This document shows, piece by piece, positions 40,725 to 49,845 of a DNA stretch of 64,000 nucleotides. The stretch's first letter is position 1. Every line of letters starts with the position of its first letter. The DNA lies in the NCBI GenBank assembly GCA_046261855.1, contig JBHENX010000067.1, forward strand, positions 21,141 through 85,140. The letters run 5' to 3'. This DNA comes from Pyrinomonadaceae bacterium. GTDB lineage: Bacteria > Acidobacteriota > Blastocatellia > Pyrinomonadales > Pyrinomonadaceae. The position numbers and the translations under genes are program-made. Under the pieces are notes generated by a model. It did no database searches, was not told where the DNA came from, and saw only the letters and a program-made list of their open reading frames with translations.

Positions 40725-40955
40725 CTGGCGCGCGCAAAACCGCAATCATCCGCAAAACAAACAACCGCTCCGTGGTGGTTCGATAACGACACCGAGATCT
40801 GCTCGTTATGTCACCACTCGTACGCATATCAAACAGGTTCTTACTGTCTCGATTGCGACGCGAACGTTTGTTCATTATGCGTACAGGAGATTTCGGTAGA
40901 ACTCCTCTGTCACGGTTGCGGAACATCTCGTTCTTCGGAAAAGGAGAAACGTTAA
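40725..40955 (+). CDS. Candidate Cys-rich double zinc-ribbon protein with no canonical start (CTG at 40725?)
   Basis: The frame is open from 40707 to the TAA at 40953-40955. It encodes ...WWFDNDTEICSLCHHSYAYQTGSYCLDCDANVCSLCVQEISVELLCHGCGTSRSSEKEKR, with four CxxC pairs. The only start-like codon is CTG at 40725, 9 nt after GGAGG (40711-40715). The stop abuts the ku ATG (TAAATG). Confidence 0.35.
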   Translation: MARAKPQSSAKQTTAPWWFDNDTEICSLCHHSYAYQTGSYCLDCDANVCSLCVQEISVELLCHGCGTSRSSEKEKR

Positions 40956-41741
40956 ATGGCTGCCCGCGCGATGTGGAAGGGCCAATTGAAAGTTGGCACG
41001 ACCAAGATCCCGGTCAAACTCTATTCGGCCGTTCAGGACAAGAACGTTCGCTTTCACATCCTCGACGACAAAAACAAGACGCGCGTAAAGCAGCACATGA
41101 TCGATCCCGATTCGGGTGAAGAAGTCGCGAGCGAAGAGATCCAGAAAGGCTACGAAGTCGAACCCGGAAAATTCGTGATACTCGGCGAGGAAGACCTCGA
41201 AAAAATCGCGCCGCCTCCATCACGCGACATCGAGATCCTGGAGTTTGTGCCGCAAAACAAGATTAGCGAACAGTGGTATGACCGGCCGTATTACCTCGGA
41301 CCAGACGACGATGAGAAGGATTATTTCGCACTCGTCGAAGCGCTTAACAACAAAGAGGCCGAGGGGATTGCGCAATGGGTCATGCGCAAGAAGTATTACG
41401 CTGGCGGACTGCGCGCGGTTGACGATTACCTGTTTCTCTTCACGCTGCGCGACGCGAACGAGGTAATTCTGGCGGATCAGTTACCGAAGCCGACCGGCGC
41501 TGCGCCAACGCAGAAAGAGTTGAACATGGCGAAGCAGCTTGTTGAGATGCTTCAGGGCGAGTTTAATCCAAAGGATTACAAAGACGAGTACCGCGAGCGC
41601 GTGATGGAGTTTATCGAACGCAAAGCGAAGGGTCGTGCGCCGCAATTGCGGGCGGTGAAGACGAAACGGCAGGCGGGCGATCTCGGTAACGTACTCGCGA
41701 AGAGTATTGCGTCGTTGAAGAAGGAGAAGCGCGCCGCCTAA
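40956..41741 (+). CDS. ku: Ku protein (NHEJ DNA end-binding), copy 1
   Basis: 261 aa. AAGGAG lies upstream. It reads MWKGQLKVGTTKIPVKLYSAV..VRFHILD...GYEVEPGKFVILGEEDL, with a basic C-terminal tail. Confidence 0.9.
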   Translation: MAARAMWKGQLKVGTTKIPVKLYSAVQDKNVRFHILDDKNKTRVKQHMIDPDSGEEVASEEIQKGYEVEPGKFVILGEEDLEKIAPPPSRDIEILEFVPQNKISEQWYDRPYYLGPDDDEKDYFALVEALNNKEAEGIAQWVMRKKYYAGGLRAVDDYLFLFTLRDANEVILADQLPKPTGAAPTQKELNMAKQLVEMLQGEFNPKDYKDEYRERVMEFIERKAKGRAPQLRAVKTKRQAGDLGNVLAKSIASLKKEKRAA

Positions 41742-41871
41742 ACGCGCGTCCGCTACTTAGAAGAGGGCGCACGGCAGAGGCCTTTTGGGGAAAAAATTTA
41801 AGAACAATGTGCTTCGCACCAGACAAATACACACACGCGGCTTAAGGCAAGTTTGAAGAGGGAGAAGAACG

Positions 41872-42696
41872 CTGGCTAGCACAAGACGAAAACCAGAACC
41901 CCTCGACGAAGAGCCCGCCGGCGCCAGACCATTTTGGTCGGGAACGTTGACGTTCGGCCTGGTCAGCGTGCCGGTCAGCCTCTTCCCTGCCACGCGCGGC
42001 ACTCGCACGTCGCTGCGCATGCTTGGCCCAGACGGCCAGCCACTCGCACGACGCTATTACGCGGAAAAAAGCGGCAAAGATCTCGACTCCGACGAAGTAG
42101 TGCGCGGCTACGAAATCAAGAAAGACAAGTTTGTCGTTATCACTGACGAAGAACTCGAACGGCTCGAGCCGGAAAAAACGCGCGACATCAACCTGACGCA
42201 GTTCGTTCCGGCCGGCTCCATTCCGCCACTCTATTTCGAACGCGGCTACTTCCTGACACCGGCGGCAGGTTCGCAGAAAGCCTACAAGCTGCTCGCGGAA
42301 ACCATGGAACAAAGCGACCTAGCCGGCATCGCTACGTTCGTCATGCGCGGCAAAGAATATTTAGTCGCCATCTTCTCCGAAAGGGAAATCCTCCGAGCCG
42401 AGACGATGCGTTTCTCCGACGAGATCCGTTCACCCTCAGATGTCGGTTTGCCAAAGAAGAAAGCGGCGTCCGCAGCAGCAGTGCGCAAGTTTGAGAAGCT
42501 GATCGCCAGTAAGACCAAGAAACAGTTCTCGCCCACGAAACTAGTCGACAAACACACGGACGATTTGTTGAAGCTGGTGAAAAAGAAAGAAAAACAGCGC
42601 GGCAACGTGGTGCGCGTCGAAGCCGAAGCTGAAACGGATCACAAAGTGGTCGACCTCGTGGCGATTCTCAAGAAGAGTCTGGGCGGGAAGAAGTAA
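41872..42696 (+). CDS. ku: Ku protein, copy 2 (start uncertain: CTG 41872 or TTG 41947)
   Basis: It reads ..RPFWSGTLTFGLVSVPVSLFPAT...GYEIKKDKFVVITDEELERL. The conserved Ku N-terminus (xxFWSGTLTFGLV) lies upstream of the first canonical start, TTG at 41947. The only in-frame start-like codon upstream is CTG at 41872, 7 nt after GGAG. Confidence 0.8.
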   Translation: MASTRRKPEPLDEEPAGARPFWSGTLTFGLVSVPVSLFPATRGTRTSLRMLGPDGQPLARRYYAEKSGKDLDSDEVVRGYEIKKDKFVVITDEELERLEPEKTRDINLTQFVPAGSIPPLYFERGYFLTPAAGSQKAYKLLAETMEQSDLAGIATFVMRGKEYLVAIFSEREILRAETMRFSDEIRSPSDVGLPKKKAASAAAVRKFEKLIASKTKKQFSPTKLVDKHTDDLLKLVKKKEKQRGNVVRVEAEAETDHKVVDLVAILKKSLGGKK

Positions 42697-42701
42697 TAAT
42701 T

Positions 42702-42783
42702 CCTGGGACCGCAGGCGTCTCGCCTGCTCGGCGTCGCATCGGACGCGATGCAGGTTTGCAGGCGAGACGCCTGCGGTCCCAGG
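42702..42783. terminator. 26-bp perfect inverted repeat (long hairpin) between convergent ku2 and the MATE gene
   Basis: CCTGGGACCGCAGGCGTCTCGCCTGC (42702-42727) is the exact reverse complement of GCAGGCGAGACGCCTGCGGTCCCAGG (42758-42783). The loop is 30 nt, and each arm is also internally self-complementary. Confidence 0.6.
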
Positions 42784-42796
42784 GAAGAAGAACTCT

Positions 42797-44200
42797 TCAC
42801 TTCGAGTCGATATTCACGGCGATCATCCGCCACCTTCCCTGCTTGAATCGCAGCACGCTCAACAAACAACGTGTCGCGTGTCCGGCCAGAATCGCAATCC
42901 AGATATCAATCGGATCCAGCGTGCTCGTCTGTTGAATCACAAAACACGTACCCAACGGCACGACGATCTGCGAAATGATCGAAATGTAGAGTGGACTCCT
43001 CGTGTCGCCGGTTCCCTGCAATCCTCCGGTGTACGTCAACGCCACGGCGATAAACAATCCCGACAGACTCAGCACGCGCAGCAGTTGCACACCGATTTCC
43101 ACCACGTCCGGTTCGTTCATGCCGAAGATCGCCAGCAGTTGCCGCGGAAAAAGCAGAAAGAACAGACCAACGACTAGCGCACCCGCAAACCCAAACCGCG
43201 CCGCCATGTGCACGGCCGCATCAGCACGATCCGGATGACCCGCGCCGAGGTTCTGCCCGGCAACCGCCGCCGCCGCGCCCATCAATCCCACTGACGTCCA
43301 CGTTACGAGCGAAAAGAGTTCGGTGTACGAAACGGCAAACGCTGCTTGCGCCGCCGCGCTCTGCGCAAGCGATCCGATAAACGCCAGCATAAAAACGCCG
43401 CCGATGTTCATCGCGATGCCCTGAATCCCGGTCGGTAGACCAAACCGAAAAATCGCTTTGATGATTGCCCAGTCCGGAGCGAACTCACCACGCGGAAAGG
43501 AAACGACCCAGGCGCCGCTCCAAAGTTTCACAAGCGCGTACAACGCGACCGCTCCCGAAGCGATACACGTGCCCATCGCTGCGCCCATCGTGCCAAACGC
43601 GGGAATCGGACCGAGCCCACGAATCAGCACGAGGTTGAAGATGATGTTCAGCACAGTCATCGTGACGCCGAGCATCATCGGCGTGCGCGCGTCGCCCGCG
43701 GAACGCAGCGCAGTACTCAGCGCAAAGAAGATCATCATGCCGAGACTGAAAACAAACATGACACGGAGAAACGGCAACGCCTCAGCTTTGACTTCCGGCG
43801 CAGCGTTCACGAGATTGAGCAAAGTCGGCGATACGAAATAACCAAGCGGCGCCATCACTCCGAACGCGATAAAGATCGCGGTTAGAAACGCCTGGTAAAC
43901 GGTGCGATTCACTTTCTCCTCGTCGCCCGCCCCGGCGAAACGCGCCACCAGCACGCTCATGCCCGTAAACAACGACGAAATGAACACGATTACGACGATA
44001 AAGATTTGCCAGCTCACACCGATCGCCGCGTTCGCCCGATAACCGACAAGGTGTCCGACAAGCGCATGGTCTACCAAGCCCTGCAAACCACCAATAGCAT
44101 TTGTCAACATCGTCGGCCACGCGATCTTCCAGACCGCCGCGCGCAGCGGTCCCTCGACGATGGAGCGATCGTATCGTGGCTTACCGGAGACTGTTTTCAA
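42797..44200 (-). CDS. MATE family efflux transporter
   Basis: 467 aa, about 12 TM helices. The N-terminus is typical of MATE proteins (GPLRAAVWKIAWPTMLTNAIGGLQGLVDHALVGHL). Confidence 0.85.
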   Translation of the reverse strand: MKTVSGKPRYDRSIVEGPLRAAVWKIAWPTMLTNAIGGLQGLVDHALVGHLVGYRANAAIGVSWQIFIVVIVFISSLFTGMSVLVARFAGAGDEEKVNRTVYQAFLTAIFIAFGVMAPLGYFVSPTLLNLVNAAPEVKAEALPFLRVMFVFSLGMMIFFALSTALRSAGDARTPMMLGVTMTVLNIIFNLVLIRGLGPIPAFGTMGAAMGTCIASGAVALYALVKLWSGAWVVSFPRGEFAPDWAIIKAIFRFGLPTGIQGIAMNIGGVFMLAFIGSLAQSAAAQAAFAVSYTELFSLVTWTSVGLMGAAAAVAGQNLGAGHPDRADAAVHMAARFGFAGALVVGLFFLLFPRQLLAIFGMNEPDVVEIGVQLLRVLSLSGLFIAVALTYTGGLQGTGDTRSPLYISIISQIVVPLGTCFVIQQTSTLDPIDIWIAILAGHATRCLLSVLRFKQGRWRMIAVNIDSK

Positions 44201-45011
44201 GCTTGCGCACCTTCGTCAATAAACGTGGATTGCCGATCTGCTCCGCCACCGCCGCAAATTCGGGAGTCGCGCCGCGCCAGCGCAACTCATCGACGTCCTC
44301 AAACAACGGCGCATCCGTCTTCAGGATCGCAAGCTCTTTGAAGAGCAACGCGAGCGGACGGTTCTGTTCGTTAAGAACTTGCGGCGGAAAATCTTCGAGT
44401 GGGCCGTGACGATTGATCAGTTGTGCTGCTGTTTTTGGACCACAACCGGAGATCCCCGGAAAACCATCTGCCGAATCACCCACGAGCGCGAGATAGTCGG
44501 GAATAAACCGCGGCTCAACACCAAACTTCGCGCGCACTCCTTCCGCGTTGCGAATCACGCCGCTGCGCCTGTCGATCTGGACGACGCGCTCGTCAATCAC
44601 GCATTGCGACAGATCCTTATCCGGTGTCCAGATACAAACCTTCTCCACTCGTTCGTCCTGCTCAGCCAGGAAAGCCGCCGATGCAAGTGCGTCGTCAGCC
44701 TCCAGTTCAACCATGGGCCAAACCGTCACGCCCATGGCCAACAACGATTCTTCGAGCGGCACAAACTGCTTCAGCAACGCAGGCTCCATCCCGGCGCTCG
44801 TTTTGTAACCGGGCCATAAATCATTGCGAAACGATTCAATGACGTGATCAGTAGCGACGCCTATGTGTGTCGCTCCTTCATCGATCATCTGCGCCACCGT
44901 CGCCAGCACACCGGAGACGGCCCCAAATGGTGGGTCAGTTTTCTTGAAACGACGGATACCGTAGAAGTGCCGAAACAACTCGTACGTGCCATCGAGCAGG
45001 TGAACTATCAT
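44181..45011 (-). CDS. 5'-3' exonuclease / flap endonuclease (Pol I N-terminal domain family)
   Basis: 276 aa. It reads MIVHLLDGTYELFRHFYG, EADDALAS and LVGDSADGFPGISGCGPKTAAQLI, the last being an H3TH motif. Confidence 0.8.
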   Translation of the reverse strand: MIVHLLDGTYELFRHFYGIRRFKKTDPPFGAVSGVLATVAQMIDEGATHIGVATDHVIESFRNDLWPGYKTSAGMEPALLKQFVPLEESLLAMGVTVWPMVELEADDALASAAFLAEQDERVEKVCIWTPDKDLSQCVIDERVVQIDRRSGVIRNAEGVRAKFGVEPRFIPDYLALVGDSADGFPGISGCGPKTAAQLINRHGPLEDFPPQVLNEQNRPLALLFKELAILKTDAPLFEDVDELRWRGATPEFAAVAEQIGNPRLLTKVRKLENSLR

Positions 45012-45106
45012 TGCAGGGCAGCTTAAAAAATTTCTTCTGAACTGTCGATATGGGCGTAGCCCGTTCGATTAACCAGTGAAGTTCGAAATCTGAAAGGAGA
45101 AAGAAA

Positions 45107-45538
45107 ATGCGAGTAATGGTGATTGTTAAGGCGGATGAAAATTCGGAAGCCGGAGTTATGCCGAGTCAGGAATTATTAACCGAAATGGGCAAATACAACG
45201 AAGAGTTGGTGAAAGCGGGGATTATGCTCGCCGGCGAAGGTCTGCACCCCACGTCAAGAGGCAAGCGAGTCAAGTTTAACGGCAGCAACCGGATCGTCAC
45301 TGATGGTCCATTCGCGGAGACGCGCGAACTCATCGCCGGTTTCTGGTTGTGGAAAGTCAATTCGATGGAGGAAGCCGTGGAGTGGCTCAAGCGCGCGCCA
45401 TTCGACGGCGGCGCTGAGCTCGAGATTCGCCGGGTCTTTGAAGCAGAAGACTTCGGCGACGAATTTACGCCCGAACTGCGCGAGCAGGAGGATCGGATTC
45501 GCGCCGAAGCCGCAAAGTTGAACGAAGGCCGGGGCTAG
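45107..45538 (+). CDS. YciI-family (DGPF domain) protein
   Basis: 143 aa. It reads MRVMVIVKADE... and carries the TDGPFAETRELIAGFWLWKV motif. Confidence 0.75.
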   Translation: MRVMVIVKADENSEAGVMPSQELLTEMGKYNEELVKAGIMLAGEGLHPTSRGKRVKFNGSNRIVTDGPFAETRELIAGFWLWKVNSMEEAVEWLKRAPFDGGAELEIRRVFEAEDFGDEFTPELREQEDRIRAEAAKLNEGRG

Positions 45539-48500
45539 AAACCGAAACGAACCTGGAGCTGGATTCGTCGATTACCAGCCGCGGCACTGCCACTTGGTCC
45601 AAACCCGAAGCTGCCTGAAGTTGACGTTGATTCACCAAATCGAGGTGAACTCAGGTTGCCAATCGGGTTGGACAGGTTGGTGGAGTTCAGCAGGTTCAAA
45701 ATATTAACCGAGAACGTCAATGTGTAACGCTTCTCAGCCGCTGGACCGCCACCACCCGAAGGTCTCGCGCCTGCTGCCTGAGCCTGAGACGGCGCGCCAC
45801 CAGCAGACGGAGCAGCGGCAGCAGCGCCGGGAACCTCGCCAAACATAAACGCGCGACTCATGCCGAGATTAATCGCAAAAAAGCTTGGTCCCAATCCGGA
45901 GTTTCGCGGAATCAGCTCCTGACCGGGCTTCGGATCGAGATCGAAATCTCCGAATCGTGTCTTTCGCAGGTTCGCAGGATCCGTTTCCGCGGTGGCGAAC
46001 GCGGGTCGTTCAGTAAACACGCCGTCCCCATTGGTGTCACGACCAGTGATGATATTGAACGGACGTCCGCTGGAATACACGATGAACGGATTCAGATTCA
46101 CTTTCAGCTTCGGAACTACGAGAGTGCCACCGATGAAGAAGTTCGCACTCGGAATAAACGCCACCCGCGAATACTCGTTGCTTGCGTCGTAACTGTCGGC
46201 CGGAAAACAACTCGCGATCGATCCGAAGATGCAATCCGTATCAGTCTTTCCCTTGCCCGTGCCGAAATTCGCGAACACTGAGAAGCCCTTGCTCATCTGC
46301 CGTCTCACGCCGCCGAAAAAGCGATAATCGTTAAACCTTGCGCTCGATTCGTAGTAATGAATATCGCCGATGTTGCCAAACGGCCGCACGCTCGTGCCTG
46401 GATCTGCGGGATCGTAAGTTCCCGGCAATGGCGCGTTAATGTTGCGCACGCGCAGCAGGTGCTTGCCGCGATAGTTGAACGCGACGAGAAACATCGTGAA
46501 CTTCGCCGGCAACTGTCGCTCGAAATTGATCGCCGTCATCACAAACGCCGGCGCCTGAAAATCGGGTGCGATACGGCGCACGATCTGCGGCGACGCAAAC
46601 GCCGACAATGTTTCAAGCGTCGGCACGTTCGTCGCACTATTTAACGAGAAGACCGTTTCATCGAGAAGCTCCGGATCAAACACCCGGAAGTCGAGTTGAT
46701 TCGAACCGTTGAACCGGTTCGCCAACAGCGTCGCGCGTTCACTGAAACGATCGTAGAACACGCCCATGCCCCCGCGAATCACCATCTTCGGTGAAGAACT
46801 CGAAGCAGGCGCGCCTGGGCCACCGCCGACGTTCGTACCGCCGGGTGCCCATGCGAAGAACAGACGCGGGGCTAAGTTGTAGTTGCTGCTGATGTTGGTC
46901 TGGCGTTCGTAACGCAAGCCCATCGTGAGCGTCAGATTAGGTCGAAGGCGCCACTCATCCTGCACGAACGCGCCGAGGTCTACCTGGCTCACCTTCGCTT
47001 CCGGATTACCACCGGCTAGCGAAAACTGCGTCGCACCGCCGCCGAACAGACGCATGTCGGGATTGCCCTGAAACAGCAATGTGCGGCGAAAGCGTTCGAG
47101 ACTGGTGATCGGAATGAGCACCGGATTGTTGTTCGCGTCGCGCACGATCTGGTTGTTTGCATCGAGCTGCGGGGCGTCACCGCCAGAGAACGTAAACGTG
47201 CCGCCGAAGTTCTGCGGCGAAAAATCAGTGATGCGCACGCCGCGCACACGCGTGCCGAAACGCAGGACGTGCTGACCTTTGGTCCAGGTGGAATAGTTCT
47301 GCAATTCCCAGCGATCTTCGTCGTTGTGGGCGAGTCCGATCTGCGAACCGCCCGCGATGAAAGCCTCCTGCACGACGAGCGTGGGAATCGAGTTGTTGCC
47401 GTCTTGCTGCGCGCGATTTCTCTGATACTGAAAGCGCGTCTCGTTCATGAGTGTCGGGCTGATGATGGCGGTCTCAGTTACCTGGAACGTCTGAAACGTG
47501 TTTGAACGATCGTAAGCGCGCTCGGGCAGCGAGAAGTCAGATGCGCCGATGTTTTCCGCACGCGTACGCGTGTAGGAATAACGCATCACGAGCGTGTTGC
47601 CCTGGTTCAGTTGGTAATCAAACCGGGGACTGAAAGAGAAAAAAGCCGTCGGGGTCAGGAGCGCGAGATTGAACGGCCCCGGAATCAGGTTTGAATTGAG
47701 AATCGTCGCGTTGATGATCGCGTTGTCGTCGATGACGCGTCGTTGAAAGTCGATAAAGAACGACGACTTGCCTTTTCTCACTGGTCCACTGAGACTGCCG
47801 CCGAAGTAACGCACTTGAAACGGCGCGCGGCTCGGGGCGAAAGGATTTCGCGAGTTCAAACTCTCGTCGCCGAAGTTAAAGAACGTGCTGCCGCGAAGCT
47901 TGTCGGCGCCGGGCTTGGTAAAGATCTCGATCTGGCCGAAACCGATCCCGCTGTTCTCAGCGTTGAACGGATTCTGATTGATGCGTACTTCCCGAATAGA
48001 CTCTTTCGGCGGCATGCGGCCGCCGGTGAAACCGTCGATGAAGATCTGTCCACCGTTCGGCCCGGCAGAAGGTCCGGCCATCGCCTGTACGGCGGCGGAC
48101 AGCGCGTCCGGATCGTCAGGCAACACGTCGAGGTCCTGGCCTTTCAAAACGACCGCGTCCGAGTTGGTTGTGGGATCGGTGTTGATCGTCTGCTCTTCGG
48201 TTACGGTGATCACCTGTTTTTCGAGTGTGACCACGAGACGCACGTCGTGAGTCGTGCGTGGTCCAACGGCGATGGCGAGATCGGTCTTTTCGTAAGCGGT
48301 GAAACCCGGCGAAGCAACGCGCAATGTGTACGCGCCCGGCGCGACAGCGTTGAACATATAGATGCCATCGTTGTTGGTTGTCGCGGTTCGTTGGGTTCCG
48401 TCGGCAGCAACGAGCGTGACTGTCGCACCCACAACGAGCGCGCCGAGTTCATCAGTAACCTGGCCACGCAACGAACCCCCACGTTGCTGCGCCAAACCCG

Positions 48501-48552
48501 TGTGGCACAAAACCAACAGGCAAACCAATACCAAGAGACTCTTCCAGGACAT
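45535..48552 (-). CDS. TonB-dependent receptor-like outer-membrane barrel with a CarboxypepD_reg N-terminal domain
   Basis: 1005 aa. The signal peptide is MSWKSLLVLVCLLVLCHTGLAQ. LRGQVTDELGALVVGATVTLV..DGIYMFNAVAPGAYTL is CarboxypepD_reg-like. The C-terminus is QVRFGF. Confidence 0.75.
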   Translation of the reverse strand: MSWKSLLVLVCLLVLCHTGLAQQRGGSLRGQVTDELGALVVGATVTLVAADGTQRTATTNNDGIYMFNAVAPGAYTLRVASPGFTAYEKTDLAIAVGPRTTHDVRLVVTLEKQVITVTEEQTINTDPTTNSDAVVLKGQDLDVLPDDPDALSAAVQAMAGPSAGPNGGQIFIDGFTGGRMPPKESIREVRINQNPFNAENSGIGFGQIEIFTKPGADKLRGSTFFNFGDESLNSRNPFAPSRAPFQVRYFGGSLSGPVRKGKSSFFIDFQRRVIDDNAIINATILNSNLIPGPFNLALLTPTAFFSFSPRFDYQLNQGNTLVMRYSYTRTRAENIGASDFSLPERAYDRSNTFQTFQVTETAIISPTLMNETRFQYQRNRAQQDGNNSIPTLVVQEAFIAGGSQIGLAHNDEDRWELQNYSTWTKGQHVLRFGTRVRGVRITDFSPQNFGGTFTFSGGDAPQLDANNQIVRDANNNPVLIPITSLERFRRTLLFQGNPDMRLFGGGATQFSLAGGNPEAKVSQVDLGAFVQDEWRLRPNLTLTMGLRYERQTNISSNYNLAPRLFFAWAPGGTNVGGGPGAPASSSSPKMVIRGGMGVFYDRFSERATLLANRFNGSNQLDFRVFDPELLDETVFSLNSATNVPTLETLSAFASPQIVRRIAPDFQAPAFVMTAINFERQLPAKFTMFLVAFNYRGKHLLRVRNINAPLPGTYDPADPGTSVRPFGNIGDIHYYESSARFNDYRFFGGVRRQMSKGFSVFANFGTGKGKTDTDCIFGSIASCFPADSYDASNEYSRVAFIPSANFFIGGTLVVPKLKVNLNPFIVYSSGRPFNIITGRDTNGDGVFTERPAFATAETDPANLRKTRFGDFDLDPKPGQELIPRNSGLGPSFFAINLGMSRAFMFGEVPGAAAAAPSAGGAPSQAQAAGARPSGGGGPAAEKRYTLTFSVNILNLLNSTNLSNPIGNLSSPRFGESTSTSGSFGFGPSGSAAAGNRRIQLQVRFGF

Positions 48553-48594
48553 ACGTTCCCCTCTGTGAAATTCGTGTTATTCGTGGCCGGTCAG

Positions 48595-49737
48595 TTACGG
48601 CCCACCGAGACTCATCGCGCCCAACGAAACTGCCGCCGGACGACCGCCTTGATTGTTCTGTAGCAACGGACCAACACCACTAACCACGGCGATGGCCGTC
48701 ACGCGCGCCGGGTCGGCGCCTTTCGTACTCGAAATAAGAATCGACTCGCCGGGTTTCAACTCCTGCAACGTTACCGCTGGAAGTTGATCGAACATCTCCT
48801 GTAAATCACCAGTGCTTTTTGCCGGCGGCGTTGCGTTCGCCGGAGCACCGGGTTTCGGCGGCGTCAGTGCCGTTAACAACTCCGGCGTGAGACGTTTCAT
48901 CTGCGAGTCTTTGCTCACCACGATCGTTACTGGTTGTTTGCTCTGGAGATCGTTGATCTTGATCTCCTGTTTCTCGGCGTTGACTTCGGTTATCGCGCCG
49001 CCGATGGTTTGAAACGAGCCGGTCACGATCTCGTCAGCACTGAAACGAGCACCATCGGTGCTTTTGTTCCCGAGCGCGCGCAATTGATCGCCGGGTTTGA
49101 GTTCGTTGATCGCGCTCGGTTTTGCGTCGCTGAAGCGCACGGAATCGGGCGCGTAGCGACGAAACTTTGTTTCCGCAGTGGTGGTGATCACAATGGGTTT
49201 CGCGCCTTCCGCAGTACGCGCGTCGATCGTGATCTCTTTGGTGTCTGCGTTAATAGCACTGACGGTTCCCGCGATGCCGCGCTTGCGCCACTCGTCCCGT
49301 TCACGTTCCCGTTGTTGCGCGATGTCGCCTTTGCTCATCACGTAAAACTCGAGCGCGGGCATGCTCTTACGATCGTCAGACATTCGTCCGCGAGCAAAGA
49401 CGCTGTCGCCGACGCCGAAATCCGTCGGGTTGATCTTGATGAACTTGTCTTTGGTTTTCTCGCCGGGCGGGATGCGCATGTAGACGGTGCGGTCGCTGAG
49501 CGTGACCGTTACCTGATTGCCCGCCGCAGTCGTGACGATGACTTGTCGAGTGTCTGACTTGAGTTCAGACACCGTGCCCATCACGCTGAGTGCAGTTATG
49601 GCGGAATCAGAGACCGGAGTGGGACTGAGAGTTTGTGCTGCTGGTGCTTGCCCTGCTGGTGTTTGTGCTGCTAGCGGAAACGCGCTTGCACACAGCACAA
49701 ACGCGCACAGCACACTGATGCTGCCGAACTTTCTCAT
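48595..49737 (-). CDS. Secreted repeat protein (DUF5666-like beta domains), upstream of the receptor gene
   Basis: 380 aa. The signal peptide is MRKFGSISVLCAFVLCASAFPLAAQ. Modules of the type G.V..(I/V)....(Q/K)(E/V)I.(I/V).. with (K/G)(P/V)GD recur 3-4 times. Confidence 0.55.
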   Translation of the reverse strand: MRKFGSISVLCAFVLCASAFPLAAQTPAGQAPAAQTLSPTPVSDSAITALSVMGTVSELKSDTRQVIVTTAAGNQVTVTLSDRTVYMRIPPGEKTKDKFIKINPTDFGVGDSVFARGRMSDDRKSMPALEFYVMSKGDIAQQRERERDEWRKRGIAGTVSAINADTKEITIDARTAEGAKPIVITTTAETKFRRYAPDSVRFSDAKPSAINELKPGDQLRALGNKSTDGARFSADEIVTGSFQTIGGAITEVNAEKQEIKINDLQSKQPVTIVVSKDSQMKRLTPELLTALTPPKPGAPANATPPAKSTGDLQEMFDQLPAVTLQELKPGESILISSTKGADPARVTAIAVVSGVGPLLQNNQGGRPAAVSLGAMSLGGP

Positions 49738-49845
49738 GTGTTTCCTTTGGCTTAAATCGCAACTGATTTCCGCTCAAAATCAGTGGTTTTTGGCGCTCAA
49801 AGGAATAAACACCCTCGGCCAGCTCTTTGTGACAGGAAATTCTTT

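Noticed and set aside
40808-41119. 103-aa plus-strand ORF spanning the ku start
   Set aside because: It is out of frame with Ku, whose N-terminal motif and SD are clear. It is also out of frame with the Cys-rich ORF. Its translation is Arg/Ser/Leu-rich with no motif.
40956-45011. Complete NHEJ locus (Ku plus LigD)
   Set aside because: No ATP-dependent ligase, polymerase or phosphoesterase (LigD-like) ORF lies near the Ku genes. The nearby 5'-3' exonuclease (44181-45011) is separated from them by a MATE transporter and is on the opposite strand, so I do not claim a functional link.
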